Source: Phycisphaerales bacterium
GTDB taxonomy: Bacteria; Planctomycetota; Phycisphaerae; Phycisphaerales; UBA1924
DNA length: 64,000 nt
Direction: 5' to 3'
Assembly (NCBI GenBank): GCA_965227775.1
Contig: OZ245777.1
Location: 2,624,001 to 2,688,000, forward strand
Part shown: positions 32,288-43,523 of the stretch, one piece after another
How positions within the stretch are numbered: the first letter of the stretch is position 1
Layout of the letters: each line of letters opens with the position of its first letter
Made by a program: the position numbers and the translations under genes
The notes under the pieces: generated by a model
What the model was told of the DNA's origin: nothing
The model's database searches: none
Seen by the model: only the letters and a program-made list of their open reading frames with translations

Positions 32288-33367
32288 ATGAGCGACGACG
32301 CACCGCCCGCGCAGACCACACCCGCGGGCATCCGCCAGAGGATCCCACATGGGCTCGCTTTGGTCGGGTGGTTCGTCGCGGTGGGATTGCTGGCAGGGAT
32401 CTTGATTGCCCCGCTGGTCGGTGATGCGCCCGCTGCCGTCGCGTTCGCGGGCCTCCTGCTGCAGACCTTTTCCTTCCACGCCGGCTTGATTGTGGTCGTG
32501 TTCCTGATCGTCGCGCTGGTGCTGCGGCGCTGGCGTCTGGGGACTGCACTCTTGTTGTGCGTCATGCTCACCGTGGGGCCGTCTGCGCTTCGTTCGCTGC
32601 GGCCCGCGCTGCCCGCAGTCGACGATGATCGAACGCTGACCGTCTTGAGCTGCAACCTGTGCTACGGCCGAGCCGACGCCGATCGGCTCGTCGCCTGGAT
32701 CGACGAGGTCGATCCCGACGTGATCGTGCTGCAGGAGCATGGTGGCCGCTGGCCCGAGTTCGTCCGAGATCGGCTGGCAGATCGCTATCCGCATGCATGG
32801 GAGGAACCGCGCGAGGATGCCTTCGGACAGGCGACCCTGAGCCGATTGCCTTTCGTGGACACGACGCGGAGCATCTGGCCGCCCGATTGGTCCATTCCGT
32901 CCGGTCGGGTGACCGTCCGATTCGGTCGGTCACTCGTGGACGTAACCAACGTGCACGTCTTTCCTCCGGTGAGCTTGGACTGGGTCAACCAACAGCGGCG
33001 ACAGCTCGACGCCCTGAGCCTTGACGCTTCGAGGCGGCTGGGCGTGTGGAGCCCTTCCAGCGGCAGCGACGTCCAAGGCTCGATCCTCATCGGGGACTTC
33101 AACACGCCCTGGAGCACGAGCTTCATGGCTGCGATGCGGTACGAGCCGATCGGATGGGACGCGCGCTATCTGTGGGAGGCTCACCACGAGATCGGTCGCG
33201 GCCGTGGTGCGACATGGGGGCCTTCGCGAGGGCTGCTCTCTCTGGCTCCGGGAGTCCGTCTGGACCACGCCATCTACGGCGGTGAACTCGAGCCAATCTT
33301 TTCGGTCGTGGGGCCGGATGTGGGTAGTGATCACCGGCCCATTGCGGTCGGCTTTCGCTGGCGGTAG
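32288..33367 (+). CDS. Endonuclease/exonuclease/phosphatase (EEP, YafD-like) membrane protein
   Basis: N-terminal TMs; DVIVLQE, GDFN, LDH, GSDHRP. Confidence 0.88.
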   Translation: MSDDAPPAQTTPAGIRQRIPHGLALVGWFVAVGLLAGILIAPLVGDAPAAVAFAGLLLQTFSFHAGLIVVVFLIVALVLRRWRLGTALLLCVMLTVGPSALRSLRPALPAVDDDRTLTVLSCNLCYGRADADRLVAWIDEVDPDVIVLQEHGGRWPEFVRDRLADRYPHAWEEPREDAFGQATLSRLPFVDTTRSIWPPDWSIPSGRVTVRFGRSLVDVTNVHVFPPVSLDWVNQQRRQLDALSLDASRRLGVWSPSSGSDVQGSILIGDFNTPWSTSFMAAMRYEPIGWDARYLWEAHHEIGRGRGATWGPSRGLLSLAPGVRLDHAIYGGELEPIFSVVGPDVGSDHRPIAVGFRWR

Positions 33368-34206
33368 CCCGCGAGTTCGAGCGCGCGCCCGACGGCTTCC
33401 CGGATGATCTCTTGCCGGCTCCAGAGGAGAAAGTGGTCCGCACCCTCGACCTTCACGGTCTCGATGCTTGGCGATCCGGTAAATGCCGCCTGCATGTACT
33501 CGACGTTGGCATAGGGCACCAGACCGTCCTTGGTTCCGTGCACGATGACGACAGGGCACCGCACACGGGCGAGCACCGCGTCCAACTGCTCGGTCTGTTC
33601 GCGGGCCGCAAAGATCTCGGCGTTGCTGACGCGGAGCATGCGAGGGAGGACCGGGCTGAGCACCACGCCGACATAGTTGAACCACCTCGGGCCCTCGAGA
33701 TTTGGATCGAGCGAGCCGGCGATGATCACAATGGCCGAGACGCGCTCGGGGTGGTCCGCGGCGATCCTGGCGATGATCGGGCCGCCGAGCGAGTGGCCGA
33801 CGAGGACGGGCCATGTGCCCTCGCGCTCGACGAGCAGCGGTTCGAGGGATGCTGCCTGATCGGCGAACGCAGTTAGGGCGGGTCCGCCGGTCTTACCAAA
33901 TCCCGGCCTGTCCACGCTGATCGACTCAACGCCATCGATCGGGTTCCGCACGAACTCCGCGAATGCGCCCGCATCGCCGGGCGTACCGTGGACGTAGATG
34001 AGGCGCGGGTGGTCTCCGCTTCCACTGCGAACGTACGACACCGCGTTGCCGCGGACGGCCGTGGTCATCCGACGGTCGAGGTCTCGTGTAGACATGTTTA
34101 CATCGCCGAAGGGCGAGCACGCGCTTACGCCCGTCAGCATGAATGCGACGAAGACACCCAGTATTCGGAGAGGAATCGATGACCGCGCCGCGGTGACGCT
34201 CAGCAC
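33331..34206 (-). CDS. Alpha/beta fold hydrolase (possible lipoprotein)
   Basis: VHGTPG, DRPGFG, GHSLGG, HGTKD, ADH. Confidence 0.88.
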   Translation of the reverse strand: MLSVTAARSSIPLRILGVFVAFMLTGVSACSPFGDVNMSTRDLDRRMTTAVRGNAVSYVRSGSGDHPRLIYVHGTPGDAGAFAEFVRNPIDGVESISVDRPGFGKTGGPALTAFADQAASLEPLLVEREGTWPVLVGHSLGGPIIARIAADHPERVSAIVIIAGSLDPNLEGPRWFNYVGVVLSPVLPRMLRVSNAEIFAAREQTEQLDAVLARVRCPVVIVHGTKDGLVPYANVEYMQAAFTGSPSIETVKVEGADHFLLWSRQEIIREAVGRALELAGYRQRKPTAMGR

Positions 34207-34207
34207 A

Positions 34208-34792
34208 TCAGCCCCCGCCCAGCGGATCCATTTCGAACTCGGGTGCCCGCGTGATTACATAGCCGCACTTCTTGCACGTCCGGCGTTCCACGGGTCCGTC
34301 CCAGAAATCATCCATCACCTTGTGGAGGTCGCGGTCGATGTGCTCGAGTTCGAAGTAATCTTCGTACACAAGCTCATCGTCCTGCGGGCAGTACCACTGC
34401 AGCCCGTCCTTCTGCGGCTTGCCGTTCTCGTCGAAGCCGCGTGGGAACTCGACGATCAAGCCAAGCGTGCCGGCCGGTCGCTGCGGGCGGTGGGGCACCC
34501 ATCGAGGCAGCAGGAAGAGCTCGCTCTCGCGCACGATCACGTTGTGAGGCGGGCTGCCATCGAGCGGCCGCACCCGAACGGCAATGTCACCTTTTAGCTG
34601 GTAAAACAACTCCTCCGTCGGGTTGACGTGAAAGTCGTTTCGCGTGTTCGGGCCCTTGGACACAAAGATGATCGCATCGCTGCTCTCGTGGAAGAACTGC
34701 TTGTTCATCACGGGCGGCGTGAACGCCTCGGGATGGTCGTCGATCCACTGGAGCAGGTTGATGGTGGGGAAGGTGGTGCCGGTAGCGGTCAT
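34208..34792 (-). CDS. nbaC: 3-hydroxyanthranilate 3,4-dioxygenase
   Basis: GPNTRNDFH..TEELFYQLKG, LLPRWVPHRPQR, WYC, RTCKKCG. Confidence 0.88.
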   Translation of the reverse strand: MTATGTTFPTINLLQWIDDHPEAFTPPVMNKQFFHESSDAIIFVSKGPNTRNDFHVNPTEELFYQLKGDIAVRVRPLDGSPPHNVIVRESELFLLPRWVPHRPQRPAGTLGLIVEFPRGFDENGKPQKDGLQWYCPQDDELVYEDYFELEHIDRDLHKVMDDFWDGPVERRTCKKCGYVITRAPEFEMDPLGGG

Positions 34793-34860
34793 GGCCGGGC
34801 CTCCTGGGTTCGTCCTCAGATGCTAGCCCGCCCGCTACCCTCGATTGAGGAGTACCGCCC

Positions 34861-35400
34861 ATGGCCACGACGCGTCCATTTCAACCGGCCTGGTTCGTCG
34901 AGCGGCTCCGGAGCTTTCCAGGATTGCTCGAGCCCTTTCTTGCCGACCTTCCAGAGGCCGACTGGCGTTGGAAGCCGGGTGCGGACCACTGGGCGATCGC
35001 CGAGATCATGGGGCATCTGGCCCGCGAAGAACGCGAGGACTTCAGGCCCCGGCTGGAGCGAACGCTGCGCGACCCGACCGAGGCGTGGCCAACCATGGAC
35101 CCACAGGGCGACGTCGCCAGGTTCAACGATCTCGGCGGTGATCCTCGTGCATTCCTGGACGAATTCACCAACCTTCGCCGCGAGAACTTGGCGTGGCTTG
35201 GAACGCTGGGCCCACTCGACAAGATCGACTGGAGCCGTGCGCATCATCATCCAAAGGGATTCGTAGTCCACGCCGGCGACCTGCTTGCGAGCTGGACCGA
35301 CCACGACACGCTCCACGCCCGCCAGCTGATCAAGCGGCGACACCAACTCATCGAGCGAGCAGCGGGGGAGTTCGGGTGTGTGTATGCGGGGGAGTGGTAA
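34861..35400 (+). CDS. DinB-family protein
   Basis: WAIAEIMGHL...HDTLHARQ metal-binding His pattern. Confidence 0.8.
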   Translation: MATTRPFQPAWFVERLRSFPGLLEPFLADLPEADWRWKPGADHWAIAEIMGHLAREEREDFRPRLERTLRDPTEAWPTMDPQGDVARFNDLGGDPRAFLDEFTNLRRENLAWLGTLGPLDKIDWSRAHHHPKGFVVHAGDLLASWTDHDTLHARQLIKRRHQLIERAAGEFGCVYAGEW

Positions 35401-35730
35401 GTGAACCCCTACCTCATCGGCTGGATCGCCGGCGTTGCCACGGTGCTGCTCCCGATGCTGGTTGTGTGGTTCATCATGCCCTGGATTCGCTGCTACCTGA
35501 GCGGCTGTCCGATGAAGTTCGGTAGGGTCATTGGCGCACGGCTGCGACGGACGCCTGTTGGTCTTCTTTGCGAAGCCTATGTCGCGCTAAACAAGAGCGG
35601 GGTGGACGTTGGGCCCCACACGCTCGACGAGCTTGAGACGATTTGGCTTGCCCATCCTGGCTTGTACACCACCGCCGAGGGCCTGATTCAGGCATTCGAA
35701 GCTCAGCAACCCACTCACACCAATGAATAA
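35401..35730 (+). CDS. Hypothetical membrane protein resembling the FloA/YqfA N-terminus
   Basis: TM then WIRCYLSG...IGARLRR...LETIWLA. Confidence 0.5.
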   Translation: MNPYLIGWIAGVATVLLPMLVVWFIMPWIRCYLSGCPMKFGRVIGARLRRTPVGLLCEAYVALNKSGVDVGPHTLDELETIWLAHPGLYTTAEGLIQAFEAQQPTHTNE

Positions 35731-35750
35731 GGGCGACTGTCGGTCGCCCT
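35723..35750 (-). terminator. Probable terminator of atpD
   Basis: AGGGCGAC-TGTCG-GTCGCCCT hairpin with T-rich tail on minus strand. Confidence 0.55.
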
Positions 35751-35787
35751 GATCCGTACTCTTGCTGCGTGAACGCTGTCTACTAGA

Positions 35788-37287
<1,500 letters not shown>

Positions 37288-37401
37288 TCAACCGAACACG
37301 GACGGGCGGCGGTAGGGGCCAGGGCTGGACCGTGGGCCGTCGTCCAAGGACGCTCAGGGTAGGCCCGGCGCGGGCAAAAGTCGGCACCTCCCGGTCATTC
37401 G

Positions 37402-38058
37402 TCAGGCCGAAGAACCGATTGCTGCGATCACCATCACGATCGCGAAAATCACGATGACAAACACCAGCATGCAGAGGACAAACGCGGCCAAAGAGCGCCA
37501 CGAGCTGAATCGGTGGGCCTCTGCCAGGCCGCGAACGAGCGACACCATCGACCAGATCAAGATTGTGAGATACACCAGCACCATGCCGAGGTAGAGCGGC
37601 GTGACCCCCTGACCGTTGGCAACCAGCACAACCATCGCGCCCAGCGGCAGAAATGCGGCAAATGACGGGACCAGCGCTCTCGCGAAGCCGTGATACACGT
37701 CGGACTGCCTGCCCGTGCCGCCGAGCGCCCGGCCGATCGCGAAGTACAGCGCCCCGAAGAGGAAGAACCCGAAAAGACTGCCCACGATCCTCCCGGCGAT
37801 CTGGGTCGCTAGAGCCGCCCCGAGGGTGATGTCGGGATCCTCAAGGTACTTCTCCAACCCGTTGTCGACCCCTGACCGGGCGCCCGAGACCATCGTCAGC
37901 AGGATGGTCACTACCCAGAGCGGTCCGGCATCAAGCAATGCCCGAGTGATCCGGCGCGGCCATATGAACATGCCAAGGAAAACACCGATCGGCGACAGCT
38001 TGCCCGGCTGTACCGGTGAGGGCGCCTGGTGATCGAGATTTGACTCTTCCGTCATCAT
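37402..38058 (-). CDS. Yip1-family membrane protein
   Basis: P-R motif, five TMs, LGGTG, GLAEAHRFSSWRS. Confidence 0.75.
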   Translation of the reverse strand: MMTEESNLDHQAPSPVQPGKLSPIGVFLGMFIWPRRITRALLDAGPLWVVTILLTMVSGARSGVDNGLEKYLEDPDITLGAALATQIAGRIVGSLFGFFLFGALYFAIGRALGGTGRQSDVYHGFARALVPSFAAFLPLGAMVVLVANGQGVTPLYLGMVLVYLTILIWSMVSLVRGLAEAHRFSSWRSLAAFVLCMLVFVIVIFAIVMVIAAIGSSA

Positions 38059-38111
38059 GCCCCCTGGCTCTTTGCTGAGACCGCAAAGCGATCACCCCGG
38101 CAAGCATCCTC

Positions 38112-38639
38112 TTACACAGGCTCAAGCAGCCCACTCGCTCGGGCGGCGTGCACCCACGCCCTCAACTGTCCACCGTGGTTGCCCTCGTGCCACACGTTGT
38201 AAACCAGATTGTGCCCAACGGTGGGGAAGTATGTCCTGGCAGCCTCGTTCGGGTGAGGAGCCGCGAGCGACTCCGGCGACGCCGACGCAATTGCCTCCAA
38301 GAGCGCGGCGTGCGAAGCCGAGGCTGCTTCGATCGAGTTCGTCCAGCCGCCGAAGTGGGTGCGCATGGCGTCCCCGGCCAGGCTGAGATCGGAGCCGGGC
38401 CCGACGTCCTCGAACAGCTGTTGCATGTCGCCCGGCACGACACCCAGGTTCTGGCTCAGCAGGTTGTCGGCCAGGTAGAGGTGGCAGACGATCCAGGCTG
38501 GCGACTGGGCCAGACCGCCCGCCTGGACCGCGCAGTGTTGCACGGGAATAGACCGAGCGATCTTGATCGCTTCCGCTCGCTCGTATCGCAGTGTCTCGAT
38601 GATGAGCTGGGGGTACGCGGGCGACTCAGGATTTGCCAT
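38112..38639 (-). CDS. DinB-family protein
   Basis: SPAWIVCHL...HEGNHGGQL. Confidence 0.78.
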   Translation of the reverse strand: MANPESPAYPQLIIETLRYERAEAIKIARSIPVQHCAVQAGGLAQSPAWIVCHLYLADNLLSQNLGVVPGDMQQLFEDVGPGSDLSLAGDAMRTHFGGWTNSIEAASASHAALLEAIASASPESLAAPHPNEAARTYFPTVGHNLVYNVWHEGNHGGQLRAWVHAARASGLLEPV

Positions 38640-38800
38640 GCACAACTCCGCTTGCGATCGTCACTTACAGGACGAGAGAGGACTTGATTCCGTCGGCGCG
38701 TGAGTCATCACAGAATTCACCGCTTGAGAGTGTACGTTGTCCCCTCTCGCCCGATCCTGGCGTGCGCTTGCAAGGTGGACGACCAGAGGAGTCCGCCATC

Positions 38801-40324
38801 ATGCTGCGCCAGTTTCGACGTGCCATTCCCGTCACCCTCCCTGTTCTCGCAATAGGCACGGCCGCCGCCTCGGCCCAGGACTGTGGATGGGAGGCCATGG
38901 GTGGAGGTATGAACGATCGGATCATCTGCCTGACGACCCACGACGACGGTACCGGTGACGCGCTGTACGCGGGCGGAACGTTCACGGCTGCGGGGGGGTG
39001 GGATGCGAGTTACCTGGCTCGCTGGGACGGCTGCGGCTGGCGCCCCGTCGACGGCAACCTGGATAGTTGGGTCGTCGCAATGCAGTCGTTCGACGATGGC
39101 TCCGGCGACGCGCTCTACGCCTGCGGCTTCTTCACAACTGCCGACGGAATCCCAGTGGGTGGCATCGCCAAGTGGGACGGCTTGCAATGGTCCGATCTGG
39201 ACGGCGGCATGAACCTCGGTGGCGTTCGCACGCTTGCGGTCTTTGATGACGGCACGGGCCCGGCTCTGTATGCAGGGGGCGACTTCAGCACGGCGGGCGG
39301 CGTGCCGGCGAGCAACATCGCCAAGTGGGACGGCTCATCATGGTCGCCCCTGGGCAGCGGAGTGGCAGGGGGGTCCGGTGGCGTGTACAACTTGCACGTC
39401 TACGACGACGGGTCGGGCCCCGGGCTCTACGCCGGCGGGTGGTTCGAAACAGCGGGCGGCATCACTACAAACGGCATCGCGAAGTGGGACGGCTCGTCAT
39501 GGTCCGCCCTAGGCGCGGGCGTTGGCGTGCTTGGTGGTGAAGCCGTGATCTGGTTTGAGACGTTTGACGACGGCATCGGAGACGCGTTGTACGTCGGCGG
39601 TGAGTTTACTTCCATGAACGGGCAGCCCGCCACCGGATTGGCGAAGTGGGACGGCTCGGCCTGGACCAACTTCACGGATCTCGCCGACGTCGATCGCCAG
39701 GTTGTTTGGGGAATGACAACGCTTGGTGACAGCCTGTACGTTTCCGGTCAGTTCGATTCAGCCGATAACATTACCGTTGGCAACATCGCGCGTTGGGACG
39801 GATCGACTTGGTCACCTGTGGGCGATGGCATGGACAGCTTTGTCGAGGCCGTAACTACGTTCAACGATGGTGGGCGTGAGCGACTCGCAGCCGCGGGTTG
39901 GTTTACCCAGGCAGACGGCAAGCCAGTCAATCGGATCGCGTCGTGGGCTTGCATCGGCGAGCCCGTCTTCAACGCACAGCCTGAGAATCTACTGCTCGAC
40001 TCCGTGCCCACCGTGGCAACGTTCGAAGTGTCCGCTTCCGGCGAGCCCACGATCGACTACCAGTGGCGAAAGGACGGCACGGCGCTCGTCGATGGGGGGG
40101 CCATCAGCGGTGCCACGACCCCGTTGCTCGAGATTGCCGCCGGCCCAGAGCACATCGGCGTGTACGACTGCGTGGCGACCAACGCTCTCGGTATGGCCAC
40201 GAGCCAATCCGCGCTGCTCGCGTTCCGATCCAACCGCTGCCCAGCAGACTTCGACGGGGACGGCTCACTGACGATCTTCGACTTCCTGGCCTTCCAGAAC
40301 GCCTTCGCGGCAGGGTGCCCCTAG
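38801..40324 (+). CDS. Secreted beta-propeller + Ig-like protein with single-repeat GC-type dockerin
   Basis: Repeats FDDGxGxALYxGGxF...IAKWDGxxW; Ig motif YQWRKDG...YDC; tail CPADFDGDGSLTIFDFLAFQNAFAAGCP. Confidence 0.85.
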   Translation: MLRQFRRAIPVTLPVLAIGTAAASAQDCGWEAMGGGMNDRIICLTTHDDGTGDALYAGGTFTAAGGWDASYLARWDGCGWRPVDGNLDSWVVAMQSFDDGSGDALYACGFFTTADGIPVGGIAKWDGLQWSDLDGGMNLGGVRTLAVFDDGTGPALYAGGDFSTAGGVPASNIAKWDGSSWSPLGSGVAGGSGGVYNLHVYDDGSGPGLYAGGWFETAGGITTNGIAKWDGSSWSALGAGVGVLGGEAVIWFETFDDGIGDALYVGGEFTSMNGQPATGLAKWDGSAWTNFTDLADVDRQVVWGMTTLGDSLYVSGQFDSADNITVGNIARWDGSTWSPVGDGMDSFVEAVTTFNDGGRERLAAAGWFTQADGKPVNRIASWACIGEPVFNAQPENLLLDSVPTVATFEVSASGEPTIDYQWRKDGTALVDGGAISGATTPLLEIAAGPEHIGVYDCVATNALGMATSQSALLAFRSNRCPADFDGDGSLTIFDFLAFQNAFAAGCP

Positions 40325-40755
40325 CCGATTGCATCTCGGATCTGGGAGGCGATCGCCTCGCCGTCTTCGAGCTTGCCCGCTGGCCACTCGATGCCCAGTC
40401 CGCTGCCGGGCGTTCCCTCCACTTTGTCCGGGAAACGGGGGATGATGTGCACGTGCAGGTGCATCACCGCCTGGTGAGCATCAACCCCGTTATTCTGCAG
40501 CAGGTTGTACGCCGTTGCGCCGGTCGCCTTGAGCACCGCCCGGCAGATGCGCGGCAGGACGCGGCCAAGGGCGGCGGCAGACTCGTCGCTGAGCTGGTCC
40601 ATCTGGGTTGCCCGCTCTTTGGGAATCACGAGCGTGTGCCCCCGGCTCAGCGGGCCAACATCGAGGAACGCGAGCACGCGCTCGTCCTCATACACCCTGT
40701 GGCACGGAATGTCACCCGCAATGATCTTGTCAAAGATGGTGGTCTGCTGGCTCAT
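40321..40755 (-). CDS. HIT family nucleotide-binding protein
   Basis: TIFDKIIAGDIP, GHTLVIPK, HLHVHII. Confidence 0.93.
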   Translation of the reverse strand: MSQQTTIFDKIIAGDIPCHRVYEDERVLAFLDVGPLSRGHTLVIPKERATQMDQLSDESAAALGRVLPRICRAVLKATGATAYNLLQNNGVDAHQAVMHLHVHIIPRFPDKVEGTPGSGLGIEWPAGKLEDGEAIASQIRDAIG

Positions 40756-40811
40756 GGATCAAAGTAGCCCCAGCCACCCCTGCGGCTCGTTCGTCCCGCT
40801 GAGCCGATTGG

Positions 40812-40840
40812 AATTCAACATAACTGGTATCGCAACGGAT
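40812..40840. other. attL: dif-derived site with intact XerD-like arm and central region, degenerate XerC-like arm
   Basis: ATTCAACATAA-CTGGTA-TCGCAACGGAT versus the right-hand site ATTCAACATAA-CTGGTA-TTATCGGCGAA. Confidence 0.8.
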
Positions 40841-40860
40841 GCGACCTCGTCAAAAAGGTC

Positions 40861-40888
40861 TTGACAGGCTCTAATCGGTCATGATAAT
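40861..40888 (+). promoter_or_regulatory. Sigma70-type promoter for the phage replication/morphogenesis genes
   Basis: TTGACA-16 nt-GATAAT, followed by hairpin GAAAGGC...GCCTTTC (40891-40920). Confidence 0.65.
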
Positions 40889-41167
40889 ACGAAAGGCCCG
40901 GGTTGTACCCCGAGCCTTTCAGGCCGGATCGACTACGTGTGGGTAGCTAGCCGATCACGACCAGCCACGCCGGAAGACAGATTTCCAACGTGACCGACAA
41001 TCGTACCTCAATCGAGCGGAAGGGGCCAATGGGCGACGCAGCCCGTGGCTTCTCTGTCATTGCGGCCGATAACCCCGCGTCTATCCTCTCGCGGGGTGCT
41101 CTTACGTAGGAGCTGTCTTCCGCCCTGGTTGGTCCCGGCTTCACCGCCTCCCAAAGGACCGCCAAAC

Positions 41168-41476
41168 ATGGCCGAATCGAAGACGGGCACCAACGCCCAA
41201 TCTGCCGGCAACAACGCTCCTGCCCTCTCCGCCATCCAGGCGACCGTCACCGGCACCATCATCCAGCTCAACAACTTCAAGGACGAGAAGGGTGAGCCTG
41301 TCTGTGGCGCACGCGTCGCGTTCATGGGCGGCAACGCCTACGTCCACCTCGACCCCGACACCATCAAGCAGTACGGCGAGGGTGAAGAGGTCACGATCGG
41401 CTGTGGCATGATCGAGCGCCGCGGCGACTATCGCCCGACCGGCAAGTGGAAGATCATCGGCAAGGGCCGGTCGTGA
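41168..41476 (+). CDS. Putative single-stranded DNA-binding protein (pV-like)
   Basis: 102 aa, beta-strand/Gly-rich OB-fold-like pattern, position next to Rep in an inovirus-like genome. Confidence 0.55.
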   Translation: MAESKTGTNAQSAGNNAPALSAIQATVTGTIIQLNNFKDEKGEPVCGARVAFMGGNAYVHLDPDTIKQYGEGEEVTIGCGMIERRGDYRPTGKWKIIGKGRS

Positions 41477-41700
41477 GCGCCGCGCTCACCATCCTCGACG
41501 CGCGCATCGCGTCGTTTGAACGTCTCGCTGACAAGGTCCCTGACGCCGGTTTCGATCACGTCGTGGACGACCTCAAGGGTGTCCGCCACGAACTCGTCCG
41601 GCTCATCGAGCAGGGCGATCGGATGCAGCTCTACCTGCCCTTCGTCAGCGGCCAACTCACCATCAACCCAGAGCGCGCAGCAACACCAGCCATCGCGTGA
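41473..41700 (+). CDS. Phage hypothetical protein
   Basis: GTGA overlaps with both neighbouring genes (translational coupling). Confidence 0.6.
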   Translation: MSAALTILDARIASFERLADKVPDAGFDHVVDDLKGVRHELVRLIEQGDRMQLYLPFVSGQLTINPERAATPAIA

Positions 41701-42959
41701 AGAGAGCCCCGATGCCAAAGCGTCAGCAAGCTTCAACACTCTTCGATGCTCTACTGGGTGCATCCCGGCCTGGGCGTGCGAGGGCCCCCCGCGCAAGCGG
41801 GGGCCCCGCCGCCAGCCGCCCCCCTGTACTAGTAGGGGGGGCAAACAGCCAAGCGGCCAACGCAGTCCGCAGCGTCAAGGTGGATTGGCTGAACTACACC
41901 GGCCCCGACTGTCTCGTCCACAAGTTGCGTCAGTACCTCGAAACGACGTGCGGTCTTGGCGAGCCCGACGAAGACAAGCGGCACGGCCTTTACAACTACG
42001 GCAAGGGGCTTTGGTGGGGCAACATCGCGCTTTGCTGGTCGCCCGACAGCAAGCAGCGCGACACCTTTGGGCTCTACATCCCTGCGTCCGGCCTCGACGT
42101 CATCCGCGAAACCATCCCGATCAATCAGCTCTGCCGCTGGCTCCAAAACGGCGGCTGCAAGCCGACGCGCGTCGATATCGCCATCGACGTCGTTGGCGAC
42201 GAGGGAACCGTCGACCTATGCGCAAACGTCCTGAACTCTTGCGAGCGTGGCGAGCTGGTAGGGGCCAAGAGCGTTCGCCCGATTGTGGAGTTCAACCCGC
42301 GCACGGGCGAGATGGCCGGCTGCTCGATCAATGCGGGCGCAAACGGGAAGAACGGATCGGGGCGCACGCTGTGCTGCTACGACAAGGGCCTTGAGCGCAA
42401 GACGCATCCGCCGTGCACGTGGCAACGCTACGAGGTTCGCTTCTGGCGGGACCACGCTCCACTGCTGGCTGAAGACCTCGCCGCCGATCTCCCCGAGCAC
42501 TACCTCGCGCACCACGCGTACGGGGCGTACGACTATCTCGACCACCCCGAGAAACGCAAGCGCGACCGCGAGCGCGTCAAGTGGTGGGCCGAGTTCGTCA
42601 AGGGCGAACGCATCACCACCGCGCGTCCCAAGCGTGCCAAGCCCACGCTTGCAGGCGTCGCCAAGTGGATCGATCGCAGCGTGGTTCCCGCGATTCGCAC
42701 CTATGCCGTTGCCGCGAACATCTCGCTGGAAGAGTTCTTTGCCAAGGTCGTCGGCACGGCAACCCCCGAGCCCAGCCGGAACGCGACGTATTCGCAAGCC
42801 TTCCGCGAGTGGTGCGCGCACGCCGGGGTCTCACGGCGCGTTGCGCTCGATCGCATCGCCCAGGCCAGAGAGAACGCGGGCTCGGACCACGTGGTGCCCC
42901 TCCTCCTCGAGCTGCTGGGCATTGCTGACAGAGAGGCGGTGCCCTGTGGGAGTGGATGA
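41697..42959 (+). CDS. Rolling-circle replication initiator, Rep_trans family
   Basis: VDWLNYT, TRVDIAID, YDKGLE (catalytic Tyr), WQRYEVR motifs. Confidence 0.9.
   Translation: MKRAPMPKRQQASTLFDALLGASRPGRARAPRASGGPAASRPPVLVGGANSQAANAVRSVKVDWLNYTGPDCLVHKLRQYLETTCGLGEPDEDKRHGLYNYGKGLWWGNIALCWSPDSKQRDTFGLYIPASGLDVIRETIPINQLCRWLQNGGCKPTRVDIAIDVVGDEGTVDLCANVLNSCERGELVGAKSVRPIVEFNPRTGEMAGCSINAGANGKNGSGRTLCCYDKGLERKTHPPCTWQRYEVRFWRDHAPLLAEDLAADLPEHYLAHHAYGAYDYLDHPEKRKRDRERVKWWAEFVKGERITTARPKRAKPTLAGVAKWIDRSVVPAIRTYAVAANISLEEFFAKVVGTATPEPSRNATYSQAFREWCAHAGVSRRVALDRIAQARENAGSDHVVPLLLELLGIADREAVPCGSG
41782..41842 (+). other. Putative double-strand origin / nick site (two hairpins inside the rep 5' end)
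   Basis: GGGCCCCCCGC-GCAA-GCGGGGGCCC and CCCCCCT-GTACTAGT-AGGGGGG. Confidence 0.6.
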
Positions 42960-43077
42960 GTTCCTTGTTGAGCTGTCTCGCTGGGTGGGTGCTGGAATGC
43001 TCGGATGCATCGTCGCCAAGGTCGTGTGTGCGATGGGCTGGGGCCCTGTCCAGTGGTTCAACGGGATGATCCGATGA
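42946..43077 (+). CDS. Small hydrophobic protein, candidate minor coat (pVII/pIX-like)
   Basis: (M)GVDEFLVELSRWVGAGMLGCIVAKVVCAMGWGPVQWFNGMIR; ATGA overlap with next gene; start may be 42952. Confidence 0.55.
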   Translation: MGVDEFLVELSRWVGAGMLGCIVAKVVCAMGWGPVQWFNGMIR

Positions 43078-43472
43078 CCCGCCGCGCGATGCTCATGCTG
43101 CTGGTGTTTCCTGCCGGGGCCGTTGCCGCTCCCGGTGGTGAAGTGCAGCAGCTCGAATTGATCAACATGGAGAGCCTTGGCGAGCTCATCCTCTCAACGG
43201 CCGGACAGATCTTCCTCGCCACGCTGCCGCTCTTCATCATCGCCGCCGTCATCTGGGGCATCGTCAATTTCGGTTACATGCTCATCAGCGGCCAAGGTGT
43301 CAATCCCAACCTCGGCGAAGACGGCCCAGTCCTCGATGAGGGCGTGGGCCTCGACGACGACCAGCTCGCGATTGTCGAAGAGGCGATCAAGAGCGACCGC
43401 GCGGAGAAGGCCAAGGCCGACGCGGACGCGCGGAGGAGAAAACGAATCGGCGATTACCTCGACTCCATCTAG
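43074..43472 (+). CDS. Signal peptide + single-TM phage protein with charged C-terminal tail
   Basis: MTRRAMLMLLVFPAGAVA signal, amphipathic segment, TM, acidic then basic tail. Confidence 0.65.
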   Translation: MTRRAMLMLLVFPAGAVAAPGGEVQQLELINMESLGELILSTAGQIFLATLPLFIIAAVIWGIVNFGYMLISGQGVNPNLGEDGPVLDEGVGLDDDQLAIVEEAIKSDRAEKAKADADARRRKRIGDYLDSI

Positions 43473-43523
43473 CGGGCAACTCGGCGTGTTGCCGGCCGCC
43501 CGCGCTTCTTGAAAGGGTTCACG

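Noticed and set aside
41697..42959. Conjugative ICE/IME relaxase
   Set aside because: No T4SS, coupling protein or integrase; coat, Zot and secretin genes indicate a filamentous phage
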